Notes: generated by a model not told the origin, from the sequence alone. A DNA stretch of 63,578 nucleotides, filler included, from Octopus bimaculoides (GCF_001194135.2; 4 parts of 4 records of this genome joined end to end with filler, not necessarily neighbours in it), one strand, 5' to 3'; positions 23,651 through 36,366 are shown, counted from the first letter of the whole stretch. Made by a program: numbers and translations.

Positions 23651-26299
23651 TGCATACAAATAATTTCATGTAAAAGATTGTGTCTTTACATTCACAGCAG
23701 TATTTTAAATAAGTGGACAACAATCAGTAAAAATTGAATCAAAGATAAAAATTTTATAAAGCCAGAGCTTTCATCATAATTAAATATGTTATCTGAATTG
23801 AATATGAAATCTTTATCATGTTGGGAAATAATTTGTTAGCTACTCATTATACAGTTCATTAATCATAATCTTATAATTTAAACTTGTTTATCCCCTCTCT
23901 GTGTCGTGATGGATCTATTTTAATCTGTGCATCAGTAATTAATTATTTACATTAGAACAAAATATCTGATAAGAATAATATTCACACACCCCCACTCCCA
24001 CCTGTTTGTGTGAGTTTTTGTAGCATGCATAACTACAAGTGTTTGTGTAACTATAATACATTAACTTAATGCATATAAGGTTTCCTCTACTAAATATACT
24101 AAAGTACATCAACTGAACACATAAAAAATTCTTCTATTAAGCATGACTGTAGAAGAAGCCTCTAGACAATAGTTCAATCAGCTAAAAAAAACAAATTCAA
24201 CTGTATTAAAAAAATAGGACATTGGATAATATAGTCCTAGATATGCAAAAAGATGGAGATGACTATATAGATATAAGATATTTATTAGTAAGGAATTATC
24301 AAAGAAGTCTCTTAACTCTCTGGGTCACGAAGGTACCTCATAAAATCTTCACAGAGTGAAATCAGGGTAAGATGGTTTCAAATAATCAATCCCTAAGCAA
24401 TACTTATAAAATGTTTTGAACCTAGCACAGAAAAACACTTGTCAACCAGACATAGTCTCAGGGTCTGTTTACAGCAGTGAACTATACTCAAATACTCCAA
24501 CAGTTCCTATTTTCAATTAGATGTACTGTACTATTCTAAGTTAAATAATTTTGCCATTCACACAGGATATTCATTAACTATCAACTTTTCAATACAATTC
24601 ATTATTTGATAATCTGCAGAAAATAAATAAATAAATATAAAAAATATTTTAAAAATTAGCAGACTTAATCCAAATTCAACTATGTCAGCTGGCATATAAT
24701 CTCCCTGTAAAATTGCTGACAGACTTCATCTATATCTGGTCTCTTGGAATGGAGACTTCATTTTAGATCAGACCGTCACAGCATGTACTGAAGGAGCTCT
24801 GTCATACTCATACTCTATCAGTTTTAGTATGCTCAATGCTCAGTTTTGTGCCCTACATTATTCTTACTACAGAGATGACATCACTTTTTGTTCCCCCTTA
24901 ACCTTCAATATCTAAGCATTATTGGAGTATTAGCGTGAAACTTATACATCGCCTTCCAAACCAGCACTGACTCTATGAACTATAACTTCGTAAACATTCC
25001 CCAATGGATCCATGCCAATCTATCTTCTTCAACACACAAGAGATACAACTACTACACATATCAAGAAAACAATGTTGTAGCCTGTCCCAAAACATGCAAC
25101 TAAAATTCTCAAGGTTGTTACAAATGCCAGGCCTTCCCAGCAAAAACTAGGGCAAGAAATTCATCTACAAACAATTACTAACCCTTCACAAAGTTCAAGT
25201 GAGAGTTACAACAGAGTATATCTCCCACACCTATGTTAGTGCTGCACAAACAGATATTCCAGACTCCTGCATGCCTGATTTTTTTTGGCATGAAGTCATT
25301 AGTTAATATAGTCAAACCTCTTGGTCCATTGTCTTTTCACCCTGTATTTTCTGCTACTACAACAATCATCTCTGTTCTTTAGAGCTGGTTAGTCTCATAC
25401 TATCTCCACTCAACTCTCCTCTTGTCACCCACATTATGTCCCCACCCAAGATCCCACGCTAACTATTTCCTCATCTTTTCTTCTCAGAACATTTCTCTGA
25501 AATTCCATATTTTCTCATACTGATCTTAATAGTCTTGGAAGACCTGCAAAGACCAGCCATGGACACAGCCATTTTCTCCAGCCCAAATCAGATGTACTTT
25601 AGATATATTTTTACCATTTCTGCAATAGCAAAGAGAGATTCCATTTATACTTTTGTAATCCTAGAAAAAAAATATATATATAAATATATAATAATAATAA
25701 TAATAATAATAAGCTTCACACAGTTTATTTTCTTAATATTTTATTATGTAGTGGACTTGTACCAAAGTTAGTAATCAATATTTCTTTATATAAAATATTA
25801 CATACAAATTATGTGTAGTTCATAATGAAGTGCAGAGAGCTGCAAAAATTAATTAATCAATAGCATTCAATGAATAAGGACAAAAAGTTTACAATACATT
25901 ATTAATCAGTTACATTGTACACTTTATTGATTAATCTTTCAACAGAATCCAAAACATGATTCAAAACACATATTCAATAGTCAGCTTTAAATTTATTCAA
26001 TAAGTTACATGGGACGTCGTTTTAAGTTAATGTCATTAGGGGAATTGTTATTAGGGATGAATACGATCCCTCTTAAATAATATTCAACCATGAAGTTGGT
26101 ATAGCATTAGGTTTCCAAAATGGTGGATTGCCAATGGGGCAATGACATTAATAAGGATTCAATTATATGCATGTTAACTCCTATACATGTTCATCATAAT
26201 CTCAAACAACAGCTATAGCTCTATAACAATAATATAATTATATAATAGTAATAACAACAATAATAGTTGTTTCTGATTTAGGCAAAATGTCATCAATTA

Positions 26300-26710
26300 A
26301 ATTGACCCCAATATTTGACTGACATTTATTTTACCAACTTGTCTGGTACTTTATTTTATCAACCCCAGAGGGATGAAAGGCAACATTGGCCTTGGTAGGA
26401 TTTGAACTCAGAATGTAAAAAAACCAGAACAAATACTGTAGGGTATTTTTTCTGACACTTTAATAATCTGCCTATCTACCAGCTTCTAAAGAGTTTTTAA
26501 TATAAGCACAAGGCCTGGAATTTTTAATGGAGAAGGTTAGTTGATACCATTTACTGCTGTATTTGACTGATACTTTTTTCTTATTGACTGCAAAAGGACA
26601 AAAGACAAAGTTGACCATCGCAGTATTTGAATTTAGATTGTAAAGAATAGGAACAAATACTGCAAAGCATTTTGTCCAATTCTTTTGCAATTCTGTCAAC
26701 CTGCCTTCCT
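26300..26710 (-). mobile_element. Two tandem decayed copies of SINE family B
   Basis: gatgaaaggcaa...ggatttgaactcagaatgtaaa...aaatactg motif repeated. Confidence 0.65.
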
Positions 26711-27175
26711 AATCTTAATAACAATATCAATATTAACAAATAATCATTTCTGTTAATCTTAAATAAGTATTTCTACTCTTAAATAAGGAATATTTATGAA
26801 ATGCAATTTAGCTTTGATAAAATTTAAGCAATGCAAAAGTGAGAGACAGTTGAGACAGTAGAAAGTTAACATAGGTTGTTGTTCTGAGTTTAACTCCTGC
26901 CAAAGTTGACTCTGCTTTCATCCTTCAAAGGTTAATTACAAAAAATGAAAATAAGTAAACATACTGATCTGGTTCAATCGTTCATATCTTCTCTGTCATA
27001 CAAACTTGGCTTTGTGATTAATCAAGAGAAATTAATATTTAACAAAAGCAGGAGAATAAATAATATATTGCATTTAATATTTTTTTTAAAACATAAAAAC
27101 AAATAAACAAGACAGAAAAAATACTATTGATACTATTGTATTTGTATTGCACACTATTGTATTATTCTCATCTGG

Positions 27176-27253
27176 TTAACTTGTTATATCAGTAAAGATG
27201 CCATATGGTCGTGTACGTAATTGGTGATCATCCCCTAAAGTATCTCGCACCAT
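27176..27253 (-). CDS. EXOC3: EXOC3/Sec6 terminal coding exon (MVRDTLGDDHQLRTRPYGIFTDITS*)
   Basis: Acceptor ttgtttattttAG, phase 0, TAA at 27178-27176. In frame with the previous exon; IFTDI aligns with the LFKDI/IFKEI end of animal Sec6. Confidence 0.85.
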   Translation of the reverse strand: MVRDTLGDDHQLRTRPYGIFTDITS

Positions 27254-27473
27254 CTAAAATAAACAAAGTTATACAATTTAGTTGGTGAAGCATTGTGAAG
27301 CATTACTATTTCAAGAAAAACAAATACACACACACACACACACACACACACAAATGGTACAAAGCCAATGGACAAGCTGTTGACAAGGGAAATGACAGCA
27401 ATGTCAATACTTGCAGTTTAGCAATTTTCAGAGAAGCATAAATGTAAACAAACATGAATGCACGCACGCACAT

Positions 27474-27521
<48 letters not shown>

Positions 27522-27772
27522 CGAGGATGGCATTTGTTTTAGTTTCTGTCTACCAAATCCACACACAAGACTTTGGTTGAACTGAGCCTATAGCAGAAGT
27601 CATGCTACAGATTGAATACTTTTTTCTTGTTTGTATGCTTTAGCATGCATTAACTCACACACACACAAACACATATCTGCAAGCACACAATTAAAGATAT
27701 ACACTACAAAAATTAATAACTTGGATTAAATTACATGTTAAGAAACTTGAGATACAAGAACATAGTACTGAC

Positions 27773-27865
27773 CTTCTGAGCTTCTGATCTTGTCATATCA
27801 CCTCGACAAAGCAAAAGATTGATCAGTTGATCTCGACGCATGTCTGGGTATTTATGCACTAGACC
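27773..27865 (-). CDS. EXOC3: EXOC3 exon (GLVHKYPDMRRDQLINLLLCRGDMTRSEAQK)
   Basis: T-tract-gcAG acceptor and AAG|GTCAGT donor. Matches the Sec6 LVSKYPDIRDDHI.ALL.VRGD motif. Confidence 0.96.
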
Positions 27866-28494
27866 CTGCAAAAAAAAAAAATTATATATATATATATGTG
27901 TGTGTGTGTGTATGTGTGTGTGTGTGTATGTGTGTGTGTATATATATATATACCAGAGGTAGAGTAATTATATATATTCAAGGTGAATTATAGATGTTTC
28001 ATTAAAGCATCTATTTTTCAACATGCATGGAAACAGTCGCTTCTGTCTCACTCCCTTTTTATATATGTATATTTGAATTTGCTGCCAAGCAGAAGCATGT
28101 TGAAACCTGATAGGTTTTTTTTTCACTCTTGTTTTGAAATAATTTTCTACCTTGAAATTTGAATGGCTGTGGACAAATAAGGTAATATATTTTAAATTAT
28201 TCATGTTACTTTGTAAATATGGAGGGATAGTGCTGAGAAAGGTTATACTTGACAAATTTAAATTAAATTAATTTTTTAAAAATTGATTTATTTAATTTTC
28301 AAGTTAAACCCCTAACTATAGTACACTATTAACTCACAGTAAGTTTTTAAAAAGTATTCTGTTCGTCTCACCCGCTGACAGCTTTTATTCATATCAAGGT
28401 GAATTATAGATGTTTCATAAAAGCATCTATTTTCCAACATGTATGGAAATAGTCACTTCTATCTCCCTCTCTTTTATATATATATATATATTAT

Positions 28495-28880
28495 CTGCTT
28501 TCCATGTTGGCATGGGCTGGTCAGTTGACAGTTTGACACCAGACTTCTGTGACTGATTTGGCATGGATTTTACAGCTGGATGCCCTTCCTAACACCAACC
28601 ACCCCGCAGAGTGGACAGAGTGCTGTTTATATGGCACCAACACAGGCGAAGTCAGAATTGGTATGGCTTTTACAGTTGGATGCCCTTCCAAATGCCAACC
28701 ACTTCACAATGTGGACTGGATGCTTTTTACATGGCACCAGCACTGGCAGAGTCACCAAGTAACTTGCAAGACAAGGAATTTTGAGAGGAGGTGATCTTGT
28801 GTCAGACGATGAAAGGTTAGAGTGTGACAGAGAAGCAGAAACAGATATCTTGCTATAGAGGAGGTACATGGTTACTCAGA
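28495..28880 (-). mobile_element. RTE 3' UTR remnant in an EXOC3 intron
   Basis: gctggatgcccttcctaacaccaaccac motif, present twice. Confidence 0.7.
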
Positions 28881-29769
28881 GAGAGAGAGGGGGGGGGGGT
28901 CATAAAATAATTAAGAGCGGTTGTCTGCACAAAGAACTGCATGCTGATGACCTAATTCTTATAGTCAAATCTGCAGATGATTTAAAAAGAAATTGCAAAT
29001 ATGAAAGCAAAACCTAGAATCAACAGGCTTCCATGCAAACTTAGCAAAGACCAAAATATAAACAGTGTAAACTATTGATATACAACAGATGTAAAGGGAT
29101 TACAAGCAGGCTAGTAGAGAAGGTAGATGCCATGTATGGCAGATGTATAGGAGTGATTAGCAGTAAGACTATATAATGAAATAAATTCCTTAAGATGTTA
29201 GGAAGACTCACTAGAAGTAGTTGGTAGTTTTTCTTTATGTCTTTACATCTAACTAGTAGTGGAGGGTGGATGTTCCAAAAGCATAGTATTCAGATTGAGA
29301 AGAAGATAAGAAAAGCTAGCTGAGGGAGATATTGCCTCAGCTAGCAACAAAGGTATTTATCTCTCAAAGATTATGGTGTATGCAAAGTGCAATGATGCAC
29401 AGGCATTTGAAACAGCTGGAAGGAAATTGATACAGACATGTAATGTATATAGAGGATGTTAGTTGTGCCAAGTACTTGAAGCAGTTGACAGTTTGAAGGG
29501 CAACCACCTATGGAAACAATGCCAAAACTGGAATATATAAGGGAAACATAACCCCAACATGCCTAGGAGCACAGTAACTTCAAATAAGACCTAACTTGGA
29601 TTGTAAGAAACCATCCAACACATGACAGCATAGAAAGAGGACATAAAATGGTGATGATACATACACACACACATGCTTTTTTTATATATATGTTGGGGGT
29701 TTGTGATTCATTGCTACATTTGTCACTGTAAAGGGTTTTAACTTTGGTAGAACTAAAAGTAGTTTGTGT

Positions 29770-29910
29770 TAGGAAGAGCATCTAGCTGTAGAAACCATGC
29801 CAAAACATATTATGGAACCTGGTGTAGCTCCTGGTCTTGCCAGCTCCTGTGAAACCGTCGAACCCATGCCAGCATGGAAAAACAGATATTAAATGATGGT
29901 GATGATGATA
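29770..29910 (+). mobile_element. RTE 3' end
   Basis: ttaggaagagcatctagctgtagaaacc...cccatgccagcatggaaaa...atgatg. Confidence 0.75.
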
Positions 29911-30528
29911 GGATAGATGCCCCTGAGTGATTGAAGTATTAGACAACCTGCTAATGGATTACAAATTCAAATTTGCTGCTGGTTCCTTGTATTTCTGAAC
30001 AGAACACTTTATATTAAATTGCCTCAGTTCTACTTGCTCTCAGTGCAAGAGGGTAAGTACTCATTCAATTTGGCTTATCTTAAAACCAGCTGTCTCAGTC
30101 ACCCATCTTGCAATTAGATGAGAAATCTGGTTCTAATTACAGGCTAGCATACAGATATTAATTCAATCTGTTGTTTGTTAACATGTGATTGGGCAAAGAA
30201 TACATCATCATTATCATTTTATGTCTGCCTTCCCATGCTGGGATGACTTGGATGGATTTTCTGAGGCAGTATTTTATGGTTGGAAGATAATATAGTTGAA
30301 AGCAATTAAAATATTTAGTGTCTCCACGACTTCCTTCACTGGAGAAAATATGACATTTCTCTCGATTCTTTACTACTGTAAAAGAACACAAAAGAAAAAG
30401 AAAAAAACAACAGAAAAAGAATGGAAGACAGAATAAGGAATTTGAAGAGATAAAAAGAAAACAAAAGTGAAAGAAGAACAAAAACAACGAAGAGAAAAAA
30501 AGAAATCATAGTGATACCAAATACTCAC

Positions 30529-30606
30529 AGTAATTTCTAGTGACATCATAGATGTGTCTCGCAGACGAATAACTTCAGCTAAATTGTTCAACACAGAAAA
30601 ACTGTC
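30529..30606 (-). CDS. EXOC3: EXOC3 exon (DSFSVLNNLAEVIRLRDTSMMSLEIT)
   Basis: tttttatcacAG acceptor and ACT|GTGAGT donor. Matches the AVAEVIKLTDPSLLYLEV motif. Confidence 0.96.
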
Positions 30607-31120
30607 CTGTGATAAAAAGAAAATAGTGATTTTACCTCAATTTTCATTTAGAGTAATCAAACAATAAATCTTTCTGATGGTCATCAAGAAGAAAGAAGCG
30701 ACTGACTTTCAATAAATACAGTAGAATAATATCAGCAGCCAGGTCATAGATGTATGACAAAGTCTTTGAATGCTTTATGATTTATGATACTAGAACAAAA
30801 ATAAAATACAAATGAATAAAATGGTTAATGTATGCTTCACATGATTATCATGATTCTTCCACAATACATACGTTTTACTTCCATGATATGATCTTTGATC
30901 AAGTCATTTGCTAAACAAATTGTAAATTTTTATTTGCATAAATTTATTGTTTCATATCAAAGCTTCAGAGTTTTAATACACAGTTTTCTCATTTAGCAAT
31001 CTTAAGATGATCATGTGATGTTTTAATTTTGGAGGAATAAATTAGGAAACCATACAAGTATTATTTTGGTTGACTTTTCATTTCAGAGTTCTACAAAATA
31101 TGCTTGCTTCTATACCTTAA

Positions 31121-31329
31121 CTCTTTAGCATTCAAATTACTCTGTCATATGCTTATTTATACATATTGCATTATCATGCATTATCTTGTACCTTTCAGAT
31201 TTCAATGATGTGATTCCTTACTTTTAGAATGACATTGTAAGGTTGGTGTAAGAGCCCAAATCTGGCCAGTTTTAACATAAAACAGGTAGAATATTTGGGT
31301 CGGATATGGCCAGTTTAAATGTTAAAGAG
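31121..31329. mobile_element. piggyBac-type MITE (209 bp)
   Basis: TIRs ctctttagcatt / aatgttaaagag, flanked by TTAA on both sides (31117-31120 and 31330-31333). Confidence 0.8.
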
Positions 31330-31598
31330 TTAAAGGGCTTCTTTGTACTCTTAAAAACTTACGCATATATTATATATATGAAAAATGTATATTTTTATAT
31401 AATGTTATGATGTCAGTTTAGTTCATGGTAAAAATAAGAGCTAGTAGGCTGATCATGAAGTTATTTTAATAAAATAAATTTACATAGGAAAAAATCTTTT
31501 GCAACATAAGTTTTTTAAAAAGTGAGCTGAACAGTAAATAATAGTTTAAAGATTCTGATAGCAATAATAATTCAAAGGAAAGAAAAGATTTCTTTTAC

Positions 31599-31710
31599 CT
31601 TCTTTGGAGTTTTTGAGAGACTAGCAAAAAATTCTTCAAGTTGTTCTGCTTCATTACAAATTTTTTCAGCAACTCCTTTTCTGTCTTCGTAATTACGGAA
31701 AGAAAGTCTC
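31599..31710 (-). CDS. EXOC3: EXOC3 exon (K|RLSFRNYEDRKGVAEKICNEAEQLEEFFASLSKTPKK)
   Basis: tatttatttacAG acceptor (phase 2) and AAG|GTAAAA donor. Matches KRISFRS.EERKE.AEKM..EAEQL. Confidence 0.97.
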
Positions 31711-32351
31711 CTGTAAATAAATATAGTTACTTTAACGTAAAAACCATAGACTTCACTCACAAGCAAGAGTGACACAGTAGCATGTCCCTTACTCTTACAG
31801 TTTAAGGTGTCTATGTAGTTGCAAGAAAACACAGACACCTTGGTCCATCCACCCCTTGACTCAGTTGAACATCAAAGACAGCAGCTGGAAAGAAAAAGAG
31901 CTAACCCAGTCCAATGCTGGCACTCATTTTCAGCTGAGTATTCTCGAGCAATGTAAAATGAAAAGCCTTGCTCAAGGATACAATGCACTGACCAGTCCAG
32001 TACTGAATACACAATCTAATGACTGTGAGCCAAATACACAAACCACCAGGCCATGTGCTTTCACTACTACTATAATATAGAAAGCATAAATATTTGTAAT
32101 TTTAAGTTAGCTGATACTTTTAGAGGTAATCTACTGATAAATACTGAATGAAGAAAAAAGGAAGATTTCCCAAAAGAAGTATAGAATCTACAATTGTTTT
32201 AAGTTAGACTCATTCATATATTCATATGGAGAGAAATGTATATTCTTCAAATTTAATCCTGAATATAAATGTACATGTCTTTATATTTATATAACTGTCA
32301 ATATATACAGATATAGACATACACATACATACAAACACACACCCAAGATAT

Positions 32352-32520
32352 ACAGGCATTGCAGTGTGGCTAAGAAGTCCATTTCACAACCACATAGTTT
32401 GGGGTTCAGTCCTGCTGTGCAGTATAAGGAAAAACTGTTCCTTACAATAACCTCACACCAACCAATGCCTTTCTGAATGAATTTGGAAGATAAAAACTGT
32501 ATGAAAGCCTGTCATACAAA
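32352..32520 (+). mobile_element. SINE family A, 5' half
   Basis: gcagtgtggctaagaag...ggggttcagtcctg...accaatgcc...gaaaaactgtatgaaagcc. Confidence 0.7.
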
Positions 32521-33466
32521 TGGTAAACTTAATCTGTCGTCTGGCTCAACGTCCCTATCAGGTACTCTGGTACAAGCATTCAGGCCAGATTCCTGTTTGA
32601 GAAGACTTCTCTCTCTCTGTCCCATTAATCTCAAAGGCCATGTGAAGGGTCATGGACACTGCTTTCTTTTTTGGCTATAATGATTACATCATCATCATCA
32701 TTTAGCATCCATCTTCCATGCTGGCATGGATTGGACAGTTTGACATGATTTGTCAAACTAGAAAACTATGTCTGTTTTGACACACACACACACAAAGAGA
32801 TTTGTCTTCAAACAACAAGTGACCGTTCCTAAAGCATGAAAACCGCTCATAAACTTGTGTTTTGCTCATGACAGAGACCTTCTAAGCTGTTTGAAGCATG
32901 AGAACTGTTTCAGTTAACATTCCCCCCCCAACAGAAAACAACATTTCATGGAAGCATGCTGCTTCAGCCACTACAAAATTCAATGAACAGGGAAGAAGCA
33001 CTGCAAAAGAAAAACACATCATGTGGCAGTACAACTCTACCCAACGCCACTAGTCAGCAGACTGACACATAAGTGTCACATCAAATGGCTTCTAGCCTGA
33101 ACTACCACAGGCTTGTCCCACACAGAACGTTTCCAGCTACTTTTGGGCACCTCCTCATGTATGGTGAATATAAGGGGTTATAATTCAAGTCATGTCTTCA
33201 TAAAACTCATCTTCATGTTCACACTAATCCAATATATGTATAGAGATGTTTTATTTTAAATGTGATATACAAATCAACTGAAATTTTTGGTGAATTCAGT
33301 CTGCAAAGTAAGTACATATTAAAGCAGAAGACTGAAAAATATATACCAAATTATTCCAGTAGACTGTTTTAGTATGTTTTTGTGTGTGTGCACGCATGTG
33401 CATGCACACACATCAGTGAAGAGTTGAAAACAGGATAGAAAAAAAAAATAGTAAAATAACACTTAC

Positions 33467-33619
33467 TTTAAGAGTATAGCCTTTAGGTATTGATGTAGAA
33501 CCTTTCTCTCAGCTTTTTCGAGGATTTTGTCATAAGCTTTTGGTCGGAGATGTACAAAATCATTATTATAATCTTCTAAAGTAGCACAAATAGTTTTCAC
33601 AGCATCACTACTTGTCATC
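33467..33619 (-). CDS. EXOC3: EXOC3 exon (W|MTSSDAVKTICATLEDYNNDFVHLRPKAYDKILEKAERKVLHQYLKAILL|K)
   Basis: tttctttcttttAG acceptor and AA|GTAAGT donor, 153 nt, phase 2-2. Matches KW..SNAVD.ICVTVEDYFNDF..I/LR. Confidence 0.98.
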
Positions 33620-33656
33620 CTAAAAGAAAGAAACTTCATTACAAATTTTGGCTTTT

Positions 33657-34013
33657 GAAGTAGTTGTGTGCTGTCAACTTAATGTGACAGTCCCCTGAAA
33701 GGAATACTACTGTTGGTTAGACCTAGGAAGCTGCACCGCTTCCTGTCAGCCTTGACACATTTCCTGTGTCCTTATGTTTACAAGGGAGAGACAAGCAGCT
33801 CCACCCAGCTAAACCTGCATCCAAAGACATGTTTCTGAGTTTCTGGATGCAGGCTTAGCTGGGTGGAGGTGCTTGTCTCCCCTTTGTAAACATAAGGACA
33901 CAGGAAATGTATCAAGGCCGACAGGAAGCGGTGCAGCTTCCTAGGTCTAACCAACAGTAGTATTATTCCCTTCAGGGGACTATCACATTAAGTTGACAGC
34001 ATACAACTACTTC
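33657..34013. repeat. Long foldback (arms 33657-33823 and 33844-34013, ~95% identical)
   Basis: The arms differ by 9 substitutions and one 3-bp indel. A 14-bp direct repeat aaattttggctttt lies at 33643-33656 and 34068-34081. Confidence 0.97.
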
Positions 34014-34184
34014 ATCGTATCACTACTGCATAAATCTCTCTGAAAGATTTAGAAATGTATTATTTCTAAATTTTGGCTTTTATTCTCAATAACAATTTTA
34101 GCAATGACAAAACAACTACTACTTGCCTGGTGAGTTTCAGAAAGAAGCTTTGTACTTGCTGTTTAGAAATTCTATGTAGATACA

Positions 34185-34345
34185 GATATGGCTTTGTGGT
34201 CAAGAAGTTTCCTTTACAACCACATGGTTTCAAGTTCAAGCCCACTGTACAGCACCTTGGACAAGTGAGTGTTTCCTACTATAATCTTAGGCTGACCAAT
34301 AGATTGTGAGTGAAACTTGATAAGTGAAAACTATGTAGAAGCACA
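34185..34345 (+). mobile_element. SINE family A, 5' half
   Basis: ggctttgtggtcaagaag...ggttcaagcccactgtacagcaccttggacaagtg. Confidence 0.75.
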
Positions 34346-34399
34346 AAATCAGACCTAAAATAACTTTCCTAAGCCTTGATTTTTTATACATTGCAAAAT

Positions 34400-36366
34400 A
34401 GGGCAATTTATTCAAGATGGCTGTGCCCTTATGAAATATGTGCTTGCATGCTTCAGCATATATAATAGCATATTGTAATGATGAGGCCTCATCGTTTTCT
34501 TCACATTCCAAGAAAGTAGCAGCTGCTGAATTAAAATACTGTGCATTTGTTGCTGAGCATAATTTCCCAATTTCTATTTTGGACCACTTACCTGGCCTTA
34601 TTGCAAACACCTGTCCTGATTCTAAAATCGCCCAGGATGCAAAGTGTGCCTGAATGAAAGGCACATACATCTTTCTTAAAGCCATTGGACCCTATGGCTT
34701 TAATGCTTTATTAAAAAAACTTCATTCATCAAAATTCTCACTCGTTATTGATGAAACAACTGATGTTTCAACACTAAAACAACTTGTCCTGGTTTCCAGA
34801 TATTATGACGTTGAAATTCAAAAGACAGTCGACGATTTTCTTACACTTATAGAAAAACAGGATTGCAGTGCTACAGGTATATACAACTGTCTTCTATCAT
34901 TTTTAAATGAACATGCTATTCCTCTGGAAAATTTGATAGGTTTCGCCTGTATAATGCAAATGTTATGATGGGAAGCAAAGGAGGCGTTCAGCACTTGTTG
35001 AAACAGAACAGGCCAGATCGTTTTGTGCGAGCCTGTGTTTGTCATTCTTTACACTTAGGTTCATCAAATGCGTGCAATGAATTACCGAATTCTGTCAAAG
35101 AATTGACAAAAAGTGCATACTTTAGTCACAGTCCTAAAGATCTGCAGAAAATAGCTTCAATTGATCCTCACAAAATCCTGCATGCAAGTTGCACTAGATG
35201 GCTGTCTCTCAAGCAAGTTGTGCAGCGCATTTCAGAGCAGTGGCCAACACTGCTGGCACATTTCATACAAGCAACATTAGAGGGTGGGTATCCGATTACG
35301 GCTCGACAAATTCTCATTGAAATGAAGCATCCTCTTACAAAGATGTATTTAGCATTTCTCTTTCATTTTAAACAACGTTAACAAACTTAATCTGGAATTC
35401 CAGGCCAAAGGCTATCAGATGCATAAGCTTAAAAGAGCCATCAACGCTGGAATGAAGGGAATTTTGAGCAATTTCATCAGACCTGACTTACTTTCTGTCA
35501 TCAATGTGTGTGAGACTAATGTCAATGATGCAGCAACACACCAACCATTAGATTGTATCTACTTTGGTGCTGTAGCTGAGAGAATTTTATATGAAAATGC
35601 TACCATCATTGCCCCTGATGAATTGTTGACTTTCCAACAGAATATACTACGATTCTTTGTTAGTCTTTCAAATCAAATGCTCGTGCGGCTTTCGTCTTGC
35701 GATATGCAGAACAATTTGGAGCCTGGTGCAGCCTTCTGGCTCGCCAGTCCTCAGTCAAACCATCCAACCCATGCCAGCATGGAAAGCAGACGTCAAACGA
35801 CGACGATGATGATGATAATATTCAGGAATGGTGCCACTTGATGGTGCAAGGTTGTTCTTTCATCCCGTATAACGAGCTAGAAAAATTTTGGTTTGCTGTT
35901 TCACAAGAGAAATGTGGTGTACCGCTATCCACTGTCGTCATCCTTTATGCTCAGTCTTCTTTCTTTACCACACTCCTCTGCATCGTCAGAAAGAATTTTC
36001 TGTTTCCCACAATATCAAAACTAAAAATCAAAATTGCTTGAAAACTTCTACACTTATTGCTTTTATGAAGTCGAAAACTTTGTTATGAAATACTGATTGT
36101 ACAACACGGGAGCCAAATGAACAACTTTGTAAAACATTATTTGAAAAAAATTGGTACAACAGAGAACCTTCTCACAAAGATGATTTTTCTTTTTGATGTC
36201 CAAATATTCAACGTTTCAATAAATGTTTTCCAAATCAGAAAAATGTATAAAAAGTTCGTTTTGACTGTATTTGTGGGCTTCAGTAAAATTTTATATATTT
36301 TGATCAGATTCTGTACGTTTTTAAAAAAAATTCTGTATGTTTTGAAAAAAACCTTTGGCAATGCTG
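34400..36366 (+). mobile_element. hAT DNA transposon, decayed and 5'-truncated, antisense to EXOC3 within its intron
   Basis: FSLVIDETTDVSTLKQL, NANVMMG, CVCHSLHL (CxxH) and TRWLS. Right TIR ggcaatgctg (reverse complement cagcattgcc) ends at 36366, with ctgta(c/t)gtttt subterminal repeats. Confidence 0.9.
35716..35818 (+). mobile_element. RTE 3' tail nested in the hAT transposase
   Basis: tggagcctggtgcagcc...cccatgccagcatggaaagcagacgtcaaacgacgacgatgatgat. Confidence 0.85.
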
